From positions 248,001-312,000 of the forward strand of contig MU008196.1 of assembly GCA_010909165.1 (NCBI GenBank): DNA of 64,000 nt. The letters are read 5' to 3'. Under the pieces are notes generated by a model. That model made no database searches. It was not told where the DNA came from and saw only the letters and a list, made by a program, of their open reading frames with translations. Shown piece after piece: positions 1 through 8,999 of the stretch. Positions within the stretch are counted from its first letter, which is position 1. Each line of letters begins with the position of its first letter. This DNA comes from Anthoceros angustus. Its lineage: Eukaryota > Plantae > Anthocerotophyta. The position numbers and the translations under genes were made by a program.

Positions 1-470
1 CTTCTTTTTGTCTCTTCATGTAAGAGTCTGCTGACAAGAATCTCAAAAGTCAAAGTCTCTATTCTTGACTCCAAAGCCACGATCAAGTTGTTGTATGACT
101 CTGGAAGGCTTGCCAGAAGAGTCATCACCAAGGCATCATCTGACATAGGGGCTCCAACGGCTGCTAATTGTTGTGACAAACTCTTCACTTTGTCTACATG
201 CTCAATGACACTGTCATTCTCAACCATTTGAAGAGCGAAGAACTTTCTCCTTAAAACAATCGGTTCACAAAGCTCTTGTTCTCATACAAGGCCTCCAGCT
301 TTTGCCAAGCTTCCCTTGCAGTCTTACAAGAAGTCACATGCATTAGTTGTGCATCTTCCAAATTGAAGTGAATGGTTGCAAAAGCTTTGCTGCATACTCG
401 TCCCACTTGGATTGTCACTCCACTTCTAGGGGCCGCTCGATCAGATCCCCCACAGCCTTTCTCGCCAACA
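1..470 (-). pseudogene. Ty1/copia gag fragment (Retrotran_gag_2/UBN2-like), frameshifted, runs off the window edge
   Basis: Manual minus-strand translation gives TSCKTAREAWQKLEALYENKS / IVLRRKFFALQMVENDSVIEHVDKVKSLSQQLAAVGAPMSDDALVMTLLASLPESYNNLIVALESRIETLTFEILVSRLLHEETKK, with the typical copia gag LLxSLPxSY motif. Confidence 0.85.
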
Positions 471-560
471 GCTTAGTTCCCGATTGTATCCCCCACAGCC
501 TTTCTCACCAACAAAGACCGCTAGTTCCCCACTATCCCCCACAGCCTTTCTCGGCCAATA
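445..560. repeat. Three ~45 bp tandem copies of atcccccacagcctttctc(g/a)ccaa at the junction of two copia fragments
   Basis: Copies start at about 445, 488 and 534. Confidence 0.85.
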
Positions 561-1790
561 TGTCCTAACCGCAATGCCACAAGGAAACATTTGGTGCTCA
601 CACGATCACATGATCTTTGGATGTTTACACAAGTAGTACAAAGTGCCACACTTGATCCACGAGCTAACACAAGAGAACCTTTGGAGATCTTCCAAGAGTG
701 ATCCCCAAACCAAAGTGGTAACCATCATCCAAGCATCTGCGCTAATCATGCTCTTTGTCAACTTGAACATGCCTAACGTCCTTGACAATGAAGATCCGTT
801 GTCAAACTTGAGTTGCACATCACCGCTGCGATCGGCATGCGTAGTTATTTCCAAGCCTAACGCATCCTTTCCTTGTAGCATCATACGTGCTAAACCACTC
901 TCTATGAGGAGTAACATGGAAAGATGCACGAGTCAATTATCCAATTGCGATAAATGACTATCCACGGTGTGCGCATTCAAGTAAGAAGAGATAAGGACAT
1001 CTCCGTCCTCAACAGTTTAACTCTTCCAACTGACATTGATCGCCTTCTTGTCGTCCCTTCTTCTCTTTTCCTTGGTCCTTTTGAACTTCTCTCTCTTTTG
1101 AAGTGACCCCTTTTGTGACAATAGTGACACTCCACATTCTTATTACGACTACGAGATTTGCTACGAGAAAAGCTTCATCGGTTGCTTCCCTTCGATGGAC
1201 CTCCCTCTCACTATGAGGGCACTTTGGAACCTTTGGAAGGTTCCATGTTTTCTGTTCACCTCCTCGGTTAACAGGCTACCTTCTACATTTACAATGGTAA
1301 GACCACTAGCGAGGCGAATTACTCTGTCTGAAAGGTGTCCCAACTCTGCAGTAATGTGACCAACGAAACATAGCTCTCACGGAATGCAGGATGTGATACC
1401 TTGAGATGAGGAGTGGTGAAAATGGTATTGAAATCATTAGATGATCGGACATCCTCGTCCCTTCCTTCATCTTCAAGTCCACCATTTGTTTCAACCAATA
1501 CACGAGAAGCCGCACTTTGCTTCTCATACAGTCCTGCAACGCCACAGTCCGTAACTTCGTGGTCTTATCTTTCACATTGAAGTATGTTTTGACAATGTTA
1601 GCATGATAGTAGATCTAGCAAGCTCATCCAGTCACGCCACTCATCACGTCATACTATACGGTTTGGCCTTCTGACTTTATGGGCTTGATGCACTTTTACG
1701 CACTAGAACATTATACACTTGTTCTTTCGAGCAGGAAGTTAGTACCATCTAACTTCTCGATATTGAACATAGCGTTTTCGATGATGAAGA
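545..1790 (-). pseudogene. Ty1/copia (Tnt1-like) gag-protease-pre-integrase, frameshifted and truncated before integrase
   Basis: Minus strand: MFNIEKLDGTNF (~1770); zinc-knuckle-like VECHYCHKRGHFKRE (~1090-1136); protease WIIDS(G)ASFHVTPHREWF (~895-945); GDVQLKFDNGSSL in ORF 606-929; LWHxRLGHIG (~555-582). Confidence 0.85.
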
Positions 1791-1944
1791 CATCATGACT
1801 CAAAAATCGTCTGAGATAAAACACTCAACTCGCCTTTTAGAAAAGTCAAAGAAAAAAGTCACCGTCTGTATTAGCTGTATTGTTGTTTATTCCAAGTATT
1901 CGAATATTTAGAAAATTTTACGCTCGTCACCTATTCAAGGCCTG

Positions 1945-2635
1945 CACTGGCTGCCGCTGCGCCGGTAGCCGCCGCGCGCCGCTGGCGCCGCGCCGCGCGC
2001 CGCGCCGCGCGCCGCGCGCCGCTGGCCGCGCGCCGCGCGCCGCTGGCCGCGCGCCGCTGGCCGCGCGCCGCTGGCCGCGCGCCGCGCGCCGCTGGCGCGC
2101 CGCGCCGCGCGCCGCGCGCCGCTGGCCGCGCGCCGCGCCGCGCGCCGCGCCGCGCGCCGCTGGCCGCGCGCCGCTGGCCGCGCGCCGCGCGCCGCGCGCC
2201 GCGCGCCGCGCCGCGCGCCGCGCGCCGCGCGCCGCTGGCCGCGCGCCGCGCGCCGCTGGCCGCGCGTCCGGCCGCTGGCCGCGCGCCGCTGGCCGCGCTG
2301 CCGGCCGCCGCGCGCCGCGCGCCGCTGGCCGCGCGCCGCTGGCCGCGCGCCGCGCCGCGCTGCCGGCCGCCGCGCCGCGTCGCGCCCGGCCGCGTCCGGC
2401 CGCTGGCCGCGCGCCGCTGGCGCGCCGCGCCGCGCGCCGCGCGCCGCGCGCCGCTGGCCGCGCGCCGCTGGCCGCGCGCCGCTGGCGCGCCGCGCCGCGC
2501 GCCGCGCGCCGCTGGCCGCGCGCCGCTGGCGCCGCTGGCCGCGCGCCGCTGGCCGCGCGCCGCGCGCCGCTGGCCGCGCGCCGCTGGCCGCGCTCGCCCG
2601 CTCACGCTCGGCTCGTTCATGCATCGGCCCGTGTC
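1945..2635. repeat. Extreme GC-rich low-complexity tract (CGCGC / CGCTGGC units) in the leader of copia A
   Basis: About 690 bp almost without A, built from short self-complementary units. Confidence 0.95.
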
Positions 2636-2727
2636 GCCACATGTGGCTCACACTGCAGTTCCACGAAGTGCCGCTGCAGAGAAAATTCTAGCATCACAAA
2701 ACAACCAAACCAAGGCTCGATGCAGGT

Positions 2728-2968
2728 TGAAGGATCGTGTGGCCCATGATGGTGGAAGAGGAGAGGAGGAGGCAAGTGTAACTCTCACATTGAGATGAGG
2801 CTTTGGAGGGTATTTATACCTCAGACTCTAGGAAGCTCCACAAGAAGCCCTAGGAAGGAGCACAAGAAGCTTCCTATTGATTAGCTTGATCGACTAATGA
2901 TACTTAATCGACACCTAACTTAGACTAAGTGTATTAGTCTAAGTACATTGAACTTTAATACCCTTACA
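2728..2968 (-). repeat. 5' LTR of copia A (~240 bp, TG...CA)
   Basis: Minus strand starts tgtaaggg and ends ccttca, with TATAAATA at ~2811-2818. It is followed by a degenerate PBS-Met; the copy at 31367-31377 reads cggtatgagcc versus the canonical tggtatcagagcc. Confidence 0.7.
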
Positions 2969-3093
2969 TTGGTGACGACAAACAAGAGTCTCATGGACGA
3001 AACCTTTGTACTTAGCGATGGATAAGTGTGGCCACTAGAGGGTGAATCTCAAGCCCTGTGGTTTTCCTCCACATTTTGGCGCCCGTTCGGGAC
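2969..3093 (+). mobile_element. 3' end of a Ty3/gypsy-like LTR plus tRNA-Asp-type PBS (Athila-like), interrupted by copia A
   Basis: ...cctccaca ttt tggcgcccgttcgggac (copy at 32401: tggcgccatgtcgggac) resembles TGGCGCCGTTGCCGGGGA. The upstream gtctcatggacgaaac...gataagtgtggccactagagggtg is shared with 15950-16043. Confidence 0.6.
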
Positions 3094-3099
3094 TCTTTG

Positions 3100-5430
3100 C
3101 TTTGTAGTCGGATGGAAGAGGCATGAACATTATTGAGAATCTCTAATCAGGGGATGAGAAGACTTGCAAGTGGTGTGAGAGTTGGATGACGTGTAGAGGA
3201 AGAAGCTGAGGAGAGAGCTCTTGCGGAGGAAGCTACATGTGCTAACATCTTCAAGGGTTCTGTTGAGGAAGAAGAGGTAGTTTTCTAAGAGTAGGAGAAG
3301 GTTGGGCTCACGAACAACAAGAGGAGGAGGTTGTTCTTTGAGGAGTTGGTGTGAAGGTGAGGGTCAAGAATTCATTGAGGTTAGTACATGTTTTCGCAAG
3401 AAGAGGAGTCTTTCGGCATTGGTCCTCGAGTTCCAGCTCGAGCTTGTCATTGGAAGAGGAGGGGAGGAACGTCTGATGCTCGAACAGGGGAAGGGAGAGT
3501 GGTGTTTTGTTGTAGGAAGGAGTTTGTTGGAGGAAGGATTTGGAGGACTTCTTATGTGTCTTGATAGGGATTTGGAGGTGAGCTAAGAGCGTATCATGAG
3601 AGCGGGGCTAATGCGTGCGCGTTAGTTAGAAGAAAGAGCTTGAGGTGGGCGGATGTTGTTGGTTTACGCCAAAATTTCAGGAAGATGATGTCTAGGAGGA
3701 AGTGGAGGTCGTGATCTTGACCAATGGATAGTTTATGGAGGCTAGGTGATAGCCGAGGGGCTTTACTTTGAAAAAGAGGGGCCCACTGTAGGGGACATGC
3801 TCAAGGTACAGTTGCCTTGCGGATTGTGTGGTTGAGAGGAGGAACTTGAATTCGAGCTTGGAGGGCTCGGATGCTTCTTTTTGGCATCAAGGGAGGAAGT
3901 AATTGATGCGTTGTAGCTATTCGCTGGGAGATGTCTAAGGCCATTGAAGGCGAGTGCTTCCAATTTATTGTCAGGAGTGTTCTTGTTGTATGTGACGGGT
4001 TGGTACCGTGCTCAAGATGGGGTTGCCTATGTTGCGAGGAGTCAAGTGGAGGAGCTATCTCAAGGAGGTTGCTTCAAGTTGCATCTCGAGGCTTTGCTTT
4101 GTCTTGATAGGAGCAGATTGGAGATGGAAGACGGCAAGGAACGAGGTGGGGAGAGAGTCACTTGAAGGAAGTTGGAAGAAATTTGGGGAGGAATTGCGGA
4201 TTGAAGTGGACGTCTTTGAGGGAGGAGTGATGACCAAAGCCTTGAAGAGAGGAATTGCAAGCTTTGGAAGTTGCTGCGAAGGATTATGTGGAAATTTGAT
4301 GGGAGGCTTGGGAGCATTCATGGCACATTTAGGAGCTCTAAGGTCTTGGAATTTGGAAGATGTCCCTTCCACAACATGCGCAGACAGCGAGATGGAGAGG
4401 TTGTGTTTCTGCAAGGAAGTGATGTTTTATATTTTCACGAGAAAGTATACATAGCTAGGGAATCTAACATGACAACCACTTGTCACTAGGATGAATGGCT
4501 GGAAGGTGATGGAGTACCTAAAATGGTAGGTTGTTTGCGGGGATGCAAACAAGTGAGGTGGGGAGTATGTGGAACATAAAAGTTTAGGCACTCCTACTTT
4601 TTGGATCAAAAGGGATCAAACTAGAGCAAAAAGAGCGGAGGAAGCGAGCGGAGAGAATTGAAGTGAAGTGGAAGAGAATTGTCAAGATCTTGAGGCAATT
4701 TGTTGGAGAATGAGGAGTAGAGGGTGAAGGCAATTAAGCCAAGGAAGTAGCTTGAGGTTGCTGCACAAGCTGTTGATAGGCTTGCAGGCAAAGGCACGAT
4801 TATTGGGGACCACCACCAAGTTTGAGGGAAGGCAAAGTAATTTGCCACGTGTGGAAGAAGTGAGACATGGCGGTGCTCATATTGCTGAGATTTTGCAGTA
4901 AGGAGGACTGCTAGGTAGAGATGTGTGGCAAGGGTTCTTGGGAAGATGGGCCAAGTGCGTAATGGTGGAATTGTGCAGGATCTGCTGCGGGCTCTAGGTT
5001 GGGAGCTCATGCAGAGAGGAGCAATCGGTGCAAGGATGGGAGGCGAGGAGCTCATGTTGAGGGTGAGCAGCCACAAGGGTTGCAAGAGGAGGCCATGGCG
5101 GTCGAGGCACATGGAAGTGCTCAATGGAGTCACGATGAGGATGGCATGATAGGGCCATGTGTTGAACTAGGAAAGGCCGTGGTAGAGCACTCACGCAGGC
5201 TGAATTTGTAGTGGGCTGCAAGATGGAGGTGTGGCCAAACCATAGGAAGGCAATGTTGCGTGGGCTGCAACATGGTGAAGGAATCACAATGGAGTGTGCA
5301 TCATGACGGCAGAATTTGTAGTGGGGCTGCAAGTCAAAGTGAAGGGAGGCCGTTGTGGTGGCCGCGAGGAGAAATGCGCAACAAGGAGGGTTGATACGAG
5401 ATGTTGGTGAGGCGTGAGGAGTTCACTAGG
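3100..5430 (-). other. Strand-biased degenerate sequence, possibly a decayed LINE ORF2 or a non-coding gypsy interior
   Basis: Only weak motif similarity: FLRSFCSSLILLIQKVGVPK (seen in the ORF 58571-58861 copy) resembles LINE RT LPxSxNxSxIxLIPK. I found no YADD or QG motif. Confidence 0.25.
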
Positions 5431-5624
5431 GAATAACTCCAATGTGTTCATATTAAGCGTTATGCACAGGCTAATTGGGTGTGTTGGACAATGAAGCGTA
5501 AGAACTCCAAAGTCAAGCCTCTGAGGGGTAGATCAATGTTGAGATGGGGTGCCTTTTGTGTGAGGTGTTTCAACTTATTATATTTGCAGAAGTCACATGG
5601 GAGCTAATTGGGAGAGTGTTTAGG

Positions 5625-5790
5625 TGGTGCACCCTACGCGGAGCAAGGTGTAGGGTGGTAGTGGACGTAGGGTATGGCACTCCATACTGTAGGGAGGTGC
5701 ACCCTACGCGGAGCAAGTGTAGAGCGGTAGCTGGCCCTACGAGAATGGAGAAGGTGTAGGGTGGTCTATGGACGTAGGGCATGGCACTCC
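5625..5790. repeat. Imperfect tandem duplication (gtgcaccctacgcggagcaag...gtagggtggt...tggacgtagggyatggcactcc) with internal ccctac/gtaggg inverted motifs
   Basis: Two copies of each sub-block are visible between 5625 and 5790. Confidence 0.75.
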
Positions 5791-6866
5791 CTACTATAGG
5801 CATGGCGGTTCACGGAACCGCCTTCCACCCCTCAGCCAACGCCGCGGGAATTCATCCAACGCCATGGTTGCGAGGGGTAAGGAACGCGCAATGCGCATGG
5901 AGGCGCCGCGGCAAGCCCGCGCGGCCTGCTGCCTACACGCGCCCACAGCGCGGTGGCATGGGCATAAGATTGGCCGGCAGCGCACGAAAGTCACGGTGCC
6001 AATCTCTTACAAATTGCTTGCAACCAGGAAATTGCTAAGAAATCTGTCCCCTCTGACCTGCAATCTGGAGAAGGGGCAGCCCAGGAGGTTCCCATTTGGG
6101 AGGGCGCCCTGCTGTATGATGGTGCTGCTATAAATTGCTGGTCCGGAAGTGTGATGCAGGCAGATGATTGGAGAAATCGTCGATGGAAAGATTCCTGCAG
6201 TCGGTGGAGCCATGCTGATGCTCGATGGAGTGGTCAATGGAACCAAATCAAGGCGATGGGGAATGAAAGGAGCCAATCGGTTGCTCAAAATTATCAAGAG
6301 GATGGGACTCCGCCATCGCCGGTGTACGCCATCCTGTCCGTGTATGCCCATTCATGTTTATCTCTCCTCCTCGACTCGAGAATGATGATCTCAGAGAATA
6401 GAAGATCCATTCCCCATGTTGTAGAAAATAAGCGGTAAAGGCTAATTGTGCAGGTGATGAGTAGCGGGAGGGCCTACTGCGAAGGAAGCCCATCTTGGCA
6501 GGCACGTGTGGTGCGTAGAGATATCTTGGCAGATGCTGAATACACCGAAGAAATGGCCAAATATACAGCTAGTATGATGTCCTAGATATATTCTGATTGA
6601 TGTCCAAATATCAGCAAATAACTGAATGATGTCGGAAATAAATAGGATGTTGGATGTGCAGGATATGAACAGAGGATGATGGAAATGGAAGCACAGGAGA
6701 GGGTGGATAAAGGGAATCCAAGGGAAAATCATCATGATGAGAGTAAGAAGAAGTGGTAATTCGAATCTCAAAATTAAAGTTTTACGTGAAAACTAAAGCA
6801 TGATTATTGTGATTAGGTAATGAAGTGCGTGGCACCTTTGGAGGATTAGACTAGCTGTCCCTAAGA

Positions 6867-7145
6867 TGATGATAATCAATAGCTCTTAGGCGTAAGAGAT
6901 ACAATACAAATGAATTAATTAAAGAGTAAAATTTCCTTTATATAGGCTAAGTGGTTGAGGTGGTTAGGTAGTTATAACAATATGTTGTTGTAACCACCAA
7001 GTTGTTGTCACCACCAAGTTTTGTAACTACTAACAACTAACTACCTAAAGCAACTAAATAGATAACCTAATGCCCTAGAAAATAAATTAATGTTTAAGTG
7101 ATGTGGACCTAATGAATAGTGCCCTAAACTAGATATATTTCATCA
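6867..7145 (-). repeat. 3' LTR of copia D
   Basis: Direct repeat of 14021-14288, preceded on the minus strand by the PPT and followed by the TSD. Confidence 0.92.
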
Positions 7146-7311
7146 CTCCACTCACTATGAATGTAGGGGTGAACTCTAGCTTCAAAATGAGGTCTAAAAC
7201 ATCAATGACTCCACTTAATCTAAAGCTATTAGCTTAAAACCATAAACTAAAGCTAAAAAGGTGAAGATAATATACAAAACACACAAAGTTTTTGATGAGG
7301 GTCCATGGCCA

Positions 7312-7439
7312 GTACATAGAGCTCCATCAAAACTGCAGTTGGAGGTGTAGTAAATGGTACATAGAGCTCCATCAAAACTGGAGTTAAGCGTCCGTCCAAC
7401 AGGCCGGTACATAGAGCTCCATCAAAACTCGAGTTAAGC
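7312..7439. repeat. Three copies of gtacatagagctccatcaaaact upstream of the PPT
   Basis: Copies at 7312, 7357 and 7407. The equivalent region at 63770-63877 is a 54-bp tandem duplication. Confidence 0.9.
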
Positions 7440-8999
7440 TAGGATCCAAGATGTCGGGATGGGGAACCTATATGTTTTGATAAATAAAAATCGGAGAAGT
7501 CGCTTATCCATGAACCATCCCCGCCACCCCATTGGTGGGTGCGAGGCGAATCACAGCCAAGCCACCTACCTTGGTTCACGAGGCACGTGCCCAGCAGGAA
7601 GCGTCACTGCTTCTCGCGATGCGAGCACCACCTCGCCCGCTCACGCGATTCTTGCCATCTGCTGCGGTTGGTGTTGATCCTCCCCCCTTTGTCACAGCGC
7701 GCCGCTGCGAGGTTATGGTACTGCTATTGCTTGCGCTAATCCTGGTGTTATTTTTCTGTTGCTCGCGGATTGCCGCCGCAGTGAAGGCGCTGTTGCCCCT
7801 CCCCGTGCTATGTGGAAAATTGTTGTGAGAGTGGCCTGATATATCGCACAAATGGGCAGAAAAATAACAGCACGCGCTATGCGCGTGGCTAAGAAGGAAA
7901 ATAGCAGCAAGAAGGCACCGCGAGGCACTAAGCAAACAAGCTGCTCGTGCCCGCATGTTGTGGTACCGTGATGCCTTGTTGAGAGGTGAAAATGTACCAA
8001 AAGAGGGTCCAGGTCGTAGCATAGAAGACCCAAATTTTGATGTGAATTTTCTCCATATATGTGCAAAATCTGCTAACATGGTTGAAAATATGGCCGATGA
8101 AGAGGAGGACTTGATAGTGCAAGCCCATTTGAAGGATGCCGGTTGTCATCAAGCAAGTCGATAAAGTTGAAAAACCGTAAGTAAATAAAAACCTTAAAAT
8201 GATGGCATAATATGCATGGTGGCATAAAATACTAATTGTTGGTGTTGATGCGGATAATCCAGGAATCGACGTTATCTCCCTATTGCCAAAGGTGGAAAAT
8301 CAACAGTGAAAGCTACGGGAGTGTCTTGATGTCCTGATATGATGACTTCAACATAGAAGAAGATAGTGCTTGAGTCGTGGGGCTCCATGAAGCGACGGTA
8401 TGTGTGTGTGAGGCAGCCAGTGGAGGTCTCATCCTAGTGAATATAGCCACATTGAGGATGTGGTGGTCAAGAGCCAGGGCAATAGGGAAGAATGGAGAGG
8501 AAAAGAGTGAGTAGGAAAGGGGTGGGAGTACCTGTATATAGCAATAAAGCTAACATTTTCCCAATAAAAATCTACTTCTATGTTTGCGGATGTAGATAAA
8601 TGTGAGGCACAAGCCATGTGAGGTTTGCCCTACCTTGCATGCGACTCAAGAGGAGCAAAAGAAGAAAATACCTATGTCCTACCTCTGCTGGAATCTATTT
8701 AAGGCTACCTACTTGGTACTTCAGGGAGGAAGATGACCATGAAATCCCCATGGAATATATGTGAGAGAAAAGGAATAAAAATGATGTGGTTAGGTGCATC
8801 TACATGTGAAGAATATGAAGGACACTCAAGCACCTTTATAGTGAGTGACCTAACACTTAAGAGCTATTATTACATCATTTTCATCACTTAACCCATGGGG
8901 TTTATTGTAGGATCCTTTTGGGCATTAGAGAGAGGCTAAGAATGTGATGATTACTTGGAAATAGAAGAGGAAATAAACATGCTAGATAAACTTTGTGGA

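Larger units (their letters stand above)
545..2968 (-). mobile_element. Copia element A, 5' part (LTR, PBS, GC-rich leader, gag-PR)
   Basis: LTR, degenerate PBS, leader and gag lie in the expected order on the minus strand. The 3' half is absent. Confidence 0.75.

Noticed and set aside
1880-2749. Long Arg/Ala/Pro-rich ORFs on both strands
   Set aside because: They arise because the GC-only repeat lacks stop codons; there is no domain signal.
2980-3010. Functional hammerhead ribozyme or retrozyme annotation
   Set aside because: The CUGANGA core is missing in all copies read; kept only as a low-interest finding.
7312-7439. CRISPR-like repeat-spacer appearance
   Set aside because: Only 2-3 repeats, the spacers are partly related to each other, there are no cas genes, and the array lies inside a plant-type copia next to the PPT.
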